64,000 bases of DNA from Heptranchias perlo (taxonomy: Eukaryota), in contig NC_090339.1 in assembly GCF_035084215.1 (NCBI RefSeq), positions 38,502,001 through 38,566,000 of the forward strand. Reading direction: 5' to 3'. Of this stretch, positions 12,943 through 24,622 are shown piece after piece; positions within the stretch are counted from its first letter, which is position 1; each line of letters begins with the position of its first letter. Both the position numbers and the translations under genes were made by a program. A model generated the notes under the pieces. The model was given only the letters and a program-made list of their open reading frames with translations, was not told the origin of the DNA and did no database searches.

Positions 12943-15324
12943 CCTGAAAATGAGGGCAGGAAAGTGATGTGCTTTTAGAACTCCACCAAGATTGCCCTGA
13001 AATGTGCTGTTGGGAGCTGTTCAAGATTAGCCTGGCAGTGACTCTCCTTTAGATTTTTCCCTCCTTGTGAGAGCAGCTCATCATTTTCTCCATAGCAACA
13101 CAGCGGAGATCATCAACTCAGCATCTGGATGCAACCCCAGGCCCTACCAATCCAAGGAATTGTGCACTGGTGCTCCTACATTAGGACCACTCGACTGCCA
13201 AAGAAGTAGAATATTTCCAAGTCTAGTCTGATAGTGGAATTATTTGTCTAATTTAGAGCTTTTCTATATTTTCCTATTTTTTTGGATTCTCCTTTGGACT
13301 ACTTAGCTGAAATCTCACAGTCTACAGCATGGTGAGATGAGGAGAAGTATATATCAAAGCTAAGGCCTTCCTTATGCAATTATATATTTAAATTACAGTA
13401 CAGAAGCATCAGTTCACAAGGAGTTAATATAGGTTTGGAATGGACTATGATCACATGAAATGCACATAATGCCTGGTACCCCATGGAACACCTTTGACAA
13501 TCAGCCTAGGTACATACACAGAACCAACAAGTTGTGGTTGACAGCAGCTTGATAGTTTGTTCAGGTGTGACTGTTAATACTAAATAGAAAATAATGGACA
13601 CCTGGAAACTGTTTCAAGGCAGCAATCCGGTCAAGCGATTCAGATGGCTTCATTTTTGCAAGATTGAAACTTAAAAGGTTTTGTAAGTGTTATCTGAACC
13701 CAGAGATAAGATTACAGCATTGAAATTATTCCAAGTTTGCTATTTTGTGTAATTTATACTATAAACTTTTTGTGGTGTTTTTATTGTGTTTGGGTCATTC
13801 TTTTTATACCACAATGAATCTTACGTACTTCATGCTGTCGAAACAATCTTCACCCTGAAAAATTAATGATTTTGATGCAATATTGAGATGTCCTCAACAG
13901 TTGACTATGGGGAAATACTGCAGTCAATATTACATAATAGCATAATAAAGTCAAGGTTGAGAAAAGAACTTTGGAAATTCGTCCTTCTAGTACCCTGACT
14001 CCCCTATCTCAGCATTCAACTGCATCAGCTGGGGGGATTGTGAAAATGTCATTATTATTCCAGGTATGATCTTTTTGATACCCCACATGTACCTGCAGCA
14101 AACAACTTTTTTAATGGCAGTACAATGACTCTTCTAATGAAAAAACAACTTTCTGGATGAGATGTTCCTCTTGCTAAACATGTTCTGCCATCTGAAAGCT
14201 ATGCACTAGACTGAAGCCAAGTCAAAACAGAGAAGAAATATCATTTTTCTTACAAATACTCTATAATAAGTAGAAGTTTTCTAAGAGTCATTGGTTGGTG
14301 TTATCAGTTAGAAACACTGGCCTCAATATTTCTTTCTGTAGACCTGGGGAACACTCAGTTCCCAGGCACTATGGAGAGAAAAAGGGAGCAGAGACCTGTT
14401 ACATCAGGTCTCTACGCCTTTGACTTTGCCCCAGGATTTCCAGGGCTTCCCCTAAGAAGCAGTTCTGGGCCTGAACCTGCACCTACAACAGGCACAAGAT
14501 AAGGGCAGCTTTGGAGTTGAAGAAGGAATGAACGTTTCTGGTCCTCCTGCTGCAGTTCCCTCTATCTGTGACATAAAGGCATTCATTTTGATCAGGCATT
14601 AAGCCTTGTGCCTGCGTCCCCTCAGATCAGAGGGGTTGTGCCTGTGGCAGGGTGCAATCAGACCATGCATGTGATCCAGCCTACCAAATTCAGGCATTCG
14701 GAGGCCTAGATAGGCACAACACACATTGAGAGCCTGAGCAAAGTGGAGGAGGAATATCAAGGTTATTATCTGTTCATCTTTGGGTCCTGGATTTGCACAA
14801 ACTGATGAGATGAATGTTTCCCCTCATGTGGAGGCTCTATGTGTCCATTTGGGAGAGTCTCTGAATTTGGCAGAAATTTCCATTTATTTGGCACACATAC
14901 TCAGAAAGGCCTCCCCAATAGCTCAGTTGATAAAATCACTGGGTAACTGAGCCAGAAGGTTCCAAGTTTGATTTCTGGTGTGTATTGAGTTAGCTAATTT
15001 TAGTTGAGGTGGCAGTAGGGGTGCTATAACTGGCTTTAGCAGCCCTAAGGTAGAGAGATGAAAATCAGCGAGGATTCCTCATGCTAATTGCTATTCTATC
15101 AGACAACTTTTTATACTACTAGTCGATCTCCAACAACTCAACCCAGGGCCTGTGCCATCCTAGGCCACAGCCCTAGCCTGCACCCTCCACCAAGATCCAC
15201 CTTCCCTCCGCCTGACTGTGTCACTTGCATAGCCTAGCCTCAACATCAGCCTGCAAGCAGTGCCTTAGGAGATGCATTAAAATTATAATAAGAAAATCTG
15301 TAACTGGGTGATCCAGTGCGTTAA

Positions 15325-15510
15325 ACATTAGCTTTCACCTCAGACATAGGCTCAGAATCCATCCCAGCCTGAGGTGATGAAAGTCTTCTCTGTCCGCAGA
15401 CTGTAAGGGTCCTATGTGAAACGAGTTTGGACAGCTTCAGTCCAATTCTAGGATCGACAGCACAAAACTGTCCCTGATTTGGCACTAATTAGCAATCTCA
15501 TGCAGAAAGG
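15325..15510 (+). mobile_element. LF-SINE-like old SINE; related copies at ~2565-2700 and ~26355-26700
   Basis: ctttcacctc...gatgaaagt...ctgtaagggtcctatgtgaaa.gagt...ttggcactaatt; resemblance to LF-SINE is from memory. Confidence 0.45.
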
Positions 15511-15768
15511 ATGTTACACTGGTTCTCTATGGTGTGATCTTTTGAGGTTGGAGCTGAGGCATATTTTTAGGGCACAGTAGATGAGCTTTACTGAACATCT
15601 AGACGCACGATACCTGACCTGGGAGTGTCTGTTGAAACATGGCATACCTGAAATGGAATGTGTTCCAATCCCCAGCATTAATATCCCTCAGCTTGATGAG
15701 CATAAAATTGAAAATTGGGAGAAAAAAGGTTATAGCAGTAAAATTTATACAGGTTGTTGATGCACTAC

Positions 15769-15967
15769 CTAACACTGTGAGCACTACTGATCCGATGTTA
15801 GTGCCTGTGAAATCCGGTGGATTATTAACTTCACACAGATAACTCCCAGAGTCAGATGGTCGCAACTTTTCAATGGTAATGGATGCATTTCCTGAGTCAT
15901 GTGCTGCCAGTAATCTTCCTTTGAAGTCTTGGCTTATATACGTCAGATTGACCTCAGAAAAATATAT
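15769..15967 (-). CDS. vsig1: vsig1 exon 3 (second half of V domain)
   Basis: Acceptor ttcatttacag|ATA; IYFSEVNLTYISQDFKGRLLAAHDSGNASITIEKLRPSDSGSYLCEVNNPPDFTGTNIGSVVLTVL; donor TTAG|gtagtg. Confidence 0.95.
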
Positions 15968-18373
15968 CTGTAAATGAAAACAGGCACAGTCACAATACAC
16001 AGAATTCAGGATTAAATACCAGCCACAAACCCATGAATGCCTCTACCCAACACAAAACTTCCCCTAATTCGGCACAGACAACACTAGTTCAACAAAGCAC
16101 CAACAGAGGATAGAGCATGTACAAAACAAGAAAGAAGAGCAGGGGCTGCTGTTCTGAGATTTAGGTGCAGATTTAATTTCATTTATGGCACTGGCCTACA
16201 GCTGGAATTAATCATATACAGGCCCAGGAGTACTGATTTCATTTTTTGCTTTCTACTAATTTTTTCCTTTCTACCGGTTGATTCCTTGATGCTGAATGAT
16301 TCCACAGGCGGCCTCCAGTACTTCATCCAACTTGACTTCATCATATATGAGCCAAGACACTGAATGTTGGCAAGCTATTCTTCAATGGAGGGCATCACAG
16401 TCAAGCCCAATCCTGTACTCACCTAACATCCACACATGCATATACAGCAGCAGTCATTGGATAGCGATCAAGAAAAGAAGTCCTGACCAATACACACCAA
16501 TACATGCATTCAGAATTCCTGGACACCTGCCTCCTTTTCCTGTCCTTTCTGGTTGCTTGATTTTGATTTTCTATTTTACTTTCTATTATTTTGCTGCACT
16601 GTATTACCCACCCACCCACCACCACCACCCATTTACCCACCTTTGCTGCTTTCCTTCAAAATCTTTTGCTCTTACTATCTTCTCTCCTTGTCATGCTCTC
16701 CCTCTGTTTATCACTCAATTAACACTGCTGCATCTCAGGAAAAAAGTGGAGTGCTAATTACTATTTCAAAATAAATTATTTCTAACATACGACGTTTCTC
16801 TTATATGGTCTGAAATTCTTCCACAGAGAAAGGGGAGATTTATGCTCATCAAGGTGAAGAATGACGGTGATGGCGGATCTAAAGCCCCTAAATTCCACTC
16901 CGCTGACAGAAGTGTAGCTGGGCAGAACTTATATTTGCCTTAATGTACAGGGGCTGTCCCTGTCAGAGATCCCAGAGTCAGCTGATTAGTAGATTGCTGG
17001 ATGCAACATGAATAGCAATAGGCCTGAAATGCCTTAGGAGGCCCAGAAAACTCACTGTGGGGGGCGGGGGAAGGGGAAGCAGAGGAAGGCAGAGTGTGTT
17101 ATAATTTAAAGGCATCCTGCAATTAAAAGTAACCAGAAAGTGCAGATGGCAGCAGCAAGTGGTAAAAAAAGAAGAGCTGACAATTTTGCTGACAGTGAGT
17201 TGGAGCATTTCTTAAATGAAATAAGGCAGGGCAGGGTTGCATGTTTGGAATCAGTGGCAAAAAGCCTGCAAACTATGCTTCGAGAGCAATTTTGAAGGAA
17301 ATAGCACTGGCAGGAAGTGGAACATTGCTACAGGACACACCTGCAATGTCACAAAAGGTTCAAAGATCTGACAAGGGCAGCAAAGGGAGATGCCATGATA
17401 GCCATGTGTCAAGACTAATAACATAGAACCACAGAGACAAGTGTGCACTGCCATTAGTGTTCCAGCACTACCCTGTGAGATGTCACAGTAAGCAAGGTAT
17501 TAGCAGCTACAATTACTCTATCATCTAGATCCATCCAAATCACCTTCCATCTTATGCATACCTACCTTCTTATACATCACCTTTCATGTTAAAGTTCTCA
17601 TATAGCTGCCAATCTTCTACAAGAGGTAAAAGATGACCAAAATTGAAAAGGAAGGATAAGAGGATGTTTAACACCAATAAGTCCCTTTTTATGCAGGTGT
17701 AAATTGCTCAAAATGGACAGGAACATCAGGCGACAGGCGGAGGACCACCAGATATCTGCATTTTAATCCAGCGTTAAGAAGAGGCAATGGAGGTATTGGA
17801 CATGTACTCCTCTAAAGCAGTAGAGGACAGAGAAGTTGGAGACCCTCCAGCCACAATGGGTTCATTCAAAGCAGATGAATACGTTGCAAATGAAACCTAC
17901 TCCATGTGTATCACATTTGTTGCTTTTATTATTCGGAGAGCCCAAAAGGAGCAGAAAAGGTAATGGATACAACAACTTTAAAGTGATTCTTTTTATCTCC
18001 ACACAAGGAATAAATGGTCAAGCACTGCAAGAAGGCACAGAAGATGAGTTACCTGGACTTTCAAAATTGAGCAGCATCACAAGTAATTCCACTACTATGT
18101 CATTCATTCGATCACTAGCACACACCAGCTTAGAGAGAGAGAGAGTCACTCGGGGTGAATTGGATAGTATACATAAGAACATAAGAACATAAGAAATTGG
18201 AGCAGGAGTAGGCCAATCGGCCCCTCGAGCCTGCTCCGCCATTCAATAAGATCATGGCTGATCTGATCCCAACCACAAATCTAAAGAACACAAGAAGTCG
18301 GAGCAGGACCCGGCCACATAGCCCCTGGGCCCTCTCCGCCACCCACAGGGCATTGACCGATCCGAACTCAGCT

Positions 18374-21322
18374 TCATGTCCAATTTCCTGCCCGCTCCCC
18401 ATAACCCCTAATTCCCTTTACTTCTAGGAAACTGTCTATTTCTGTTTTAAATTTATCTAATGATGTAGCTTCCACAGCTTCCTGGGGCAGCAAATTCCAC
18501 AGACCTACCACCCTCTGAGTGAAGAAGTTTCTCCTCATCTCAGTTTTGAAAGAGCAGCCCCTTATTCTAAGATTATGCCCCCTAGTTCTAGTTTCACCCA
18601 TCTTTGGGAACATCCTTACTGCATCCACCCGATCAAGACCCTTCACAATCTTATATGTTTCAATAAGATCGCCTCTCATTCTTCTGAACTCCAATGAGTA
18701 GAGTCCCAATCTACTCAACCTCTCCTCATATGTCCGCCCCCTCATCCCCGGGATTAACCGAGTGAACCTTCTTTGTACTGCCTCGAGAGCAAGTATGTCT
18801 TTTCTTAAGTATGGAGACCAAAACTGTATGCAGTATTCCAGGTGCGGTCTCACCAATACCTTATATAACTGCAGCAATACCTCCTTGTTTTTATATTCTA
18901 TCCCCCTAGCAATAAAAGCCAACATTCCGTTGGCTTTCTTGATCACCTGCTGCACCTGCATACCAACTTTTTGATTTTCTTGCACTAGGACCCCCAGATC
19001 CCTTTGTACTGCAGTACTTTCCAGTCTCTCGCCATTAAGAAAATAACTTGCTCTCTGATTTTTCCTGCCAAAGTGCATAACCTCACATTTTCCAATATTA
19101 TATTGCATCTGCCAAATCTCCGCCCACTCACCCAGCCTGTCTATATCCCCTTGCAGGTTTTTTATGTCCTCCTCACTCTCTACTTTCCCTCCCATCTTTG
19201 TATCATCTGCAAATTTTGATATGTTGCACTCGATCCCCTCCTCCAAATCGTTAATATAGATTGTAAAGAGTTGGGGACCCAGCACCGACCCCTGTGGAAC
19301 ACCACTGGTTACTGGTTGCCAGTCCGAAAATGAACCATTTATCCCAACTCTCTGCTTCCTGTTTGATAACCAATCCTCCACCCATGCCAGAATATTACCC
19401 CCAATCCCGTGATTTTTTATCTTAAGTAATAATCTTTTATGTGGCACCTTGTCGAATGCCTTCTGGAAGTCTAAATACACTACGTCCACTGGTTCCCCTT
19501 TATCCACCCTATACGTTATATCCTCGAAGAACTCAAGCAAATTTGTCAGACATGACTTCCCCTTCATAAAGCCATGCTGACTTTGTCCTATTAAATTATG
19601 CTTATCTAAATGTTCCGTTACTGTCTCCTTAATAATAGACTCCAAAATTTTACCCACCACAGATGTTAAGCTTACTGGCCTATAATTTCCAGCCTTCTGC
19701 CTACTACCCTTTTTAAATAACGGTGTTACATTAGCAGTTTTCCAATCTGCCGGGACCTCTCCTGAGTCCAGGGAATTTTGGAAAACTATCACCAAAGCAT
19801 CCACAATCCCTACTGCCACTTCCCTCAAGACCCTAGGATGGAAGCCATCAGGTCCAGGGGATTTATCCGCCTTGAGTCCCATTATTTTACTGAGTACCAT
19901 CTCTTGAGTGATTTTAATCGTATTTAGCTCCTCCCCCCCGAGAGTCCCCTGTTTGTCCAGTGTTGGGATATTCTTAGTGTCCTCTACTGTAAAGACTGAA
20001 ACAAAATATTTGTTCAGCATTTTTGCCATCTCCATGTTTCCCACCATTAATTTCCCGGTCTCATCCTCTAAGGGACCTATGTTTGCCTTAGCCACCCTTT
20101 TTCTTTTTATATAACTATAGAAACTCTTGCTATCTGTTTTTATATTTTTTGCTAATTTCTTTTCATAATCTAACTTCCCTTTCTTAATCAATCCTTTAGT
20201 TACTTTTTGCTGTCTTTTGAAGAATTCCCAATCTTCTATCCTCCCACTAAGTTTGGCTACCTTATATGTCCTTGTTTTTAGTCGGATACTATCCTTGATT
20301 TCTTTACTTAGCCACGGGTGGCTGTCATTTCTTTTACACCCTTTTTTCCTCAGTGGAATATATTTATTTTGAAAGTTGTAAAATAACTCCCTAAATGAAC
20401 ACCACTGCTCATGTACCGTCTTACCCTTTAATCTATTTTCCCAGTCCACTTTAATCAATTCCGCTCTCATACCATCATAGTCTCCTTTATTCAAGCTCAG
20501 TACGCTTGTTTGAGTTTCAACCTTCTCACCCTCTAATTGGATATGGAATTCAACCATGTTGTGGTCGCTCGTTCCAAGGGGATCCTTAACTAGGACATTA
20601 TTAATTAATCCTGACTCATTACACAGGACCAGGTCCAAGGTTGCCTGCCCCCTTGTAGGATCAGTTACATACTGCTCAAGAAATCCATCCCTGATGCACT
20701 CAATGAACTCGTCCTCAAGGCTGCTCTGCCCAATTTGATTTGTCCAGTTAATATGATAATTAAAATCCCCCATAATTATGGCTGTTCCCTTATTACATGC
20801 CCCGACTATCTCCTGATTAATACTTCTTCCAGCAGAGTTGCAACTATTAGGAGGCCTATATACTACGCCCACTAATGTTTTTTTTCCCTTATTATTCCTT
20901 ATCTCCACCCAAACTGTTTCATTATCTTGATGCTTTGTCCCAATATCATTTCTCTGTATTACAGTGATTCCTTCCTTTATTAACATAGCCACCCCACCTC
21001 CCCTTCCTTCCTGCCTGTCCTTCCTGATTGTTAAATACCCTGGCATATTTAATTCCCAGTCGTTGTCACCCTGCAGCCATGTTTCTGTAATGGCCACAAG
21101 ATCATACCCATACGTAGTTATTTGTGCCGTTAACTTGTCCATTTTATTACGAATGCTACGTGCATTCAGATAAAGAACTTTCAAATCTGTTTTGTGACGC
21201 TTAGTTCCTGCTTTTTCCTTTTTTAACACTTTACCTATTACTCCATACCTTCTGTCCCTTCCTGTTACGCTTTCCTCTCTCTCCCTGCTCAGGTTCCCAA
21301 CCCCCTGCCACTTTAGTTTAAA
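18374..21322 (-). CDS. CR1 ORF2: AP endonuclease + reverse transcriptase; frame open from the slippery site, no ATG before the first APE motif
   Basis: YLNARS, AITETWL, MGDFN, SDH (APE); [36 protein letters not shown] (RT). The track start at 21229 is GTG, and the frame extends without stops to 21337. Confidence 0.95.
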   Translation of the reverse strand, partial: FKLKWQGVGNLSREREESVTGRDRRYGVIGKVLKKEKAGTKRHKTDLKVLYLNARSIRNKMDKLTAQITTYGYDLVAITETWLQGDNDWELNMPGYLTIRKDRQEGRGGGVAMLIKEGITVIQRNDIGTKHQDNETVWVEIRNNKGKKTLVGVVYRPPNSCNSAGRSINQEIVGACNKGTAIIMGDFNYHINWTNQIGQSSLEDEFIECIRDGFLEQYVTDPTRGQATLDLVLCNESGLINNVLVKDPLGTSDHNMVEFHIQLEGEKVETQTSVLSLNKGDYDGMRAELIKVDWENRLKGKTVHEQWCSFRELFYNFQNKYIPLRKKGCKRNDSHPWLSKEIKDSIRLKTRTYKVAKLSGRIEDWEFFKRQQKVTKGLIKKGKLDYEKKLAKNIKTDSKSFYSYIKRKRVAKANIGPLEDETGKLMVGNMEMAKMLNKYFVSVFTVEDTKNIPTLDKQGTLGGEELNTIKITQEMVLSKIMGLKADKSPGPDGFHPRVLREVAVGIVDALVIVFQNSLDSGEVPADWKTANVTPLFKKGSRQKAGNYRPVSLTSVVGKILESIIKETVTEHLDKHNLIGQSQHGFMKGKSCLTNLLEFFEDITYRVDKGEPVDVVYLDFQKAFDKVPHKRLLLKIKNHGIGGNILAWVEDWLSNRKQRVGINGSFSDWQPVTSGVPQGSVLGPQLFTIYINDLEEGIECNISKFADDTKMGGKVESEEDIKNLQGDIDRLGEWAEIWQMQYNIGKCEVMHFGRKNQRASYFLNGERLESTAVQRDLGVLVQENQKVGMQVQQVIKKANGMLAFIARGIEYKNKEVLLQLYKVLVRPHLEYCIQFWSPYLRKDILALEAVQRRFTRLIPGMRGRTYEERLSRLGLYSLEFRRMRGDLIETYKIVKGLDRVDAVRMFPKMGETRTRGHNLRIRGCSFKTEMRRNFFTQRVVGLWNLLPQEAVEATSLDKFKTEIDSFLEVKGIRGYGERAGNWT

Positions 21323-21885
21323 CCCTCCCCAACAGCACTAGCAAACACTCCTCCTAGGACAGCGGTCCCGGCCCTGCCCAGGTGCAGACCGTCCGGTTTG
21401 TACTGGTCCCACCTCCCCCAGAACCGTTTCCAGTGTCCCAGGAATTTGAATCCCTCCCCCTTGCACCATTCCTCTAGCCACGTATTCATTTGAAATATCC
21501 TCCTATTTCTACTCTGACTAGCACGTGGCACTGGCAGCAATCCTGAGATTACTACCTTTGAGGTCCTATTTTTTAATTTACCTCCTAACTCCCTATATTC
21601 TGCTTTTAGGACCTCATCCCCTTTTTTACCTATATCGTTGGTGCCTATGTGCACCACGACAGCTGGCTGTTCGCCCTCCCCCTCCAAAATGTTCTGTAGC
21701 CGCTCCGAGACATCCTTGATCCTTGCACCAGGGAGGCAACACACCATCCTGGAGTCTCGGTTGCGGCCGCAGAAACGCCTGTCTATTCCCCTTACAATTG
21801 AGTCCCCTATCACTATAGCTCTGCCACTCTTTTTCCTCCCAGCCTGTGCAGCAGAGCTACCCGTGGTGCCAGGAAGTTGGCTGCT
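21313..21885 (-). CDS. CR1 ORF1 C-terminal SGNH/GDSL esterase domain (5'-truncated)
   Basis: IGDSIVRG, CLPGA, HIGTND, DGLHL motifs; ends GEGLN*. Confidence 0.9.
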   Translation of the reverse strand, partial: SSQLPGTTGSSAAQAGRKKSGRAIVIGDSIVRGIDRRFCGRNRDSRMVCCLPGARIKDVSERLQNILEGEGEQPAVVVHIGTNDIGKKGDEVLKAEYRELGGKLKNRTSKVVISGLLPVPRASQSRNRRIFQMNTWLEEWCKGEGFKFLGHWKRFWGRWDQYKPDGLHLGRAGTAVLGGVFASAVGEGLN

Positions 21886-22242
21886 GAGGAAATGTCACTG
21901 GGTGAGTCACACAACACTAGGAATCTTAAGGATGTGAGTGTGGAAGAGAAACCTCAAGTTCCTGAGAGGAGAAAAAAATCAGCTCCTGGCTCTGGAGCAT
22001 GCAGATAATGATCTCAAGGCAGCTCCAATGAAGAGAAGGATGCTAGGGGAGCATCATACAAATATGGAGGCTCTGTGTTCTCACAACATGTGTGGCATAT
22101 GGCTGGAGTTGTGTTCGAATCCAATTCCATCCTCTGTGGCAATGTCAGAGAGGGATTGTCATTGATGCAGTGCATCCTGGAGTGAGTGACAGCTACACGA
22201 ACATCCACATCCATTCCCCAGAACAGGGATGCCACTGAGTGT

Positions 22243-23020
22243 CTCCAGACAAGTGCCAGGCAATGACCACCTCCAACAAGAGAGAATCTAACCACCTCCC
22301 CATGACATTCAACGGCATTACCATCGCCGAATCCCCCACCATCAACATCGTAGGGGTCACCATTGACCAGAAATTTAACTGGACAAGCCACATAAATACT
22401 GTGGCTACAAGAGCAGGTCAGAAGCTGGGTATTCTGCGATGAGTGACTCACCTCCTGACTCCCCAAAGCCTTTCCACCATCTACAAGGCACAAGTCAGGA
22501 GTGTGATGGAATACTCTCCACTTGCCTGGATGAGTGCAGCTCCAACAACACTCAAGAAGCTCGACACCATCCAGGACAAAGCAGTCCGCTTGATTGGCAC
22601 CCCATCCACCACCCTAAACATTCACTCCCTCCACCACCGGCGCACAGTGGCTGCAGTGTGTACCATCCACAGGATGCACTGCAGCAACTCGCCAAGGCTT
22701 CTTCGACAGCACCTCCCAAACTACGACCTCTACCACCTAGAAGGACAAGAGCAGCAGGCACATGGGAACAACACCACCTGCACGTTCCCCTCCAAGTCAC
22801 ACATCATCCCGACTTGGAAATATATCGCCATTCCTTCATCGTCGCTGGGTCAAAATCCTGGAACTCCCTTCCTAACAGCACTGTGGGAGAACCTTCACCA
22901 CACGAACTGCAGCGGTTCAAGAAGTCGGCTCACCACCACCTTCTCAAGGGCAATTAGGGATGGGCAATAAATGCTGGCCTTGCCAGCGACGCCCACATCC
23001 CATGAACGAATAAAAAAAAA
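22243..23020 (+). mobile_element. 3' fragment of a second LINE family (CR1/L2 group, A-tailed)
   Basis: RT thumb LGVTID..W..HI, YKAQVRSVMEYSPLAW; 3' end caagggcaattagggatgggcaataaatg...aataaaaaaa. Confidence 0.88.
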
Positions 23021-24237
23021 TATGGAAGCATTTACAAGTGATCTGCAGGTCTTGGGAGACTGAATGGAGAGATGGATGAGTGTCGGATTCTGATTTTTCC
23101 ACTGCAGCATCGCAAAGCGCTTGGAGGATATCAGGTACACTCTCTCCTTCAGGGGTTTAAGGATATTATTGATTCCATTAGGTCTGTTCTCCCGCCACTC
23201 AGTGGTCACCAGTATCTTAGCCCTGTTTCCAGTGGAATAGCAGGATAGCAGCACAAGATATCTCTCTAGACTTTCACTCATGACGCCTTCACAAGTGAGA
23301 GTAATTTTGCAGGCTGCTGAGGAACAAGCCCAGAGATGTAGCCTGCCATTAGTCCATCCCAGGATACAGTGGTCCTGAGAGGAGGGATATCTCTGCCCAA
23401 AGTGGCTCTTTATAAATGTAAGTAGCCATTCACACCATAGACCCCAGGCCCTGGGGTGGGACTTCAAGAAGTATGAGTATAGGGCAAAAGAGACACCATA
23501 AACTCACAAGGGGTAAGCACAGGGGTGATTCTTAGTTTCTGTTTCACCAAATTGTTCCAGAACGATAATGATGCATTACATACTTTCATTTCATCTGTAT
23601 TTCATCATCACAATATAAACTGGAACTACTATTGTTGTTAATGTTTGTTGCATTAGATTCTTTCAGTTACAGGTGGAGCGCCATTTTGAACGTGATCTGC
23701 AGCTCATCATGAAGAAGGGTGCAAAACTCTTCTAAGTCTTCAGGAGTGAAATGAAACTGCTGGGGTCATAACTGTAATGACATTTTGGAAAATGACTATT
23801 GTAGTCGTTAGATCCTGCTTATAGGATATCGATGCTGAATGATTCTCCTGGCTTCTTTGACACCTTCTTGCTCGTCATCCTCCTTTCTCCAACATTTACA
23901 GTATATACAAGGGAATGTCCATTGCTAATTACATTCTGAAGCCTTGGATAATGTTCTCGAACATTTGCTCAGTGGAGATGGAGGATCCCCAAATACTGCA
24001 GTATGAAGTTTGAAGCGCCCCCAAGGTACAGCCCCAATTTTTTTTCCAGAAATACCAAGGTGAAGCGAAGTTACAGCTCCAAAAAGTTTTACGTGACTTT
24101 AGCCTGTTCAGGTCTCCTTTAAGAAATTACTTCTAACCAGATCAAAAGGTCCTGCCAGAAACGGCTGTTAAATACTTTCAGTCCCATACTGTGAGTTAGG
24201 AACAGAATAAAGTTCCTTCTACACTGTCCTATTAAGT

Positions 24238-24622
24238 TTTTTTAATTCATTCTCAGAATGTGGACCATTCCTAGATGCCCTGAGAAGGTGGTGGTGGGTC
24301 TTCATCTTGGAACTATATCTTGTAGCGGTTTGATACAACTGAGTGGCTTGCTAGGCCTCTTCAGAGGGCACGTTGGCATGGGACTGGAGTCACATATAGG
24401 CCAGACCAAGCAAGGACGGCAGGTTTCCTTCCCTAAAGGACATTAGTGAACCAGTTGGGTTTTTACCAACACCCGATAGTTTCATGGTCACTTTTATTGA
24501 AAGTGATTTTTTTCAATTTCCAGATTTTTTAAAAACTGCATTCAAATTCTCAAACTGTCATGGTGGGATTTAAACTCACGTTCTCTGGATTATTAGACCA
24601 GGCCCAGCAGTGTGACCTAACC
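24238..24622 (-). mobile_element. tRNA-derived SINE whose 3' tail matches the second LINE family
   Basis: Head homologous to 12727-12942; tail caccaccaccttctcagggc...aattaaaaaa resembles 22930-23020. Confidence 0.75.

Larger units (their letters stand above)
18171..21886 (-). mobile_element. Young CR1 LINE, 5'-truncated within ORF1, intact ORF2, in vsig1 intron 2 in sense orientation
   Basis: Esterase ORF1 end, uninterrupted APE+RT ORF2, 3' UTR and (TTCTTATG)n tail. Confidence 0.97.
17140..23530 (+). mobile_element. Old Harbinger remnant (Myb/SANT gene) split by two LINE insertions
   Basis: RADNFADSELEHFLNEI (~17172), IAQNGQEHQATGGGPP exon (~17700) and RRMLGEHHTNMEAL (~22030) parallel the Myb genes of the other two Harbingers. 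Ends not defined. Confidence 0.6.

Noticed and set aside
14908-14980. tRNA gene
   Set aside because: A/B-box-like motifs only, no cloverleaf; it continues into a SINE body.
18519-21173. Plus-strand ORFs antisense to CR1 ORF2
   Set aside because: Shadow ORFs of the RT coding strand, repeated in every CR1 copy.
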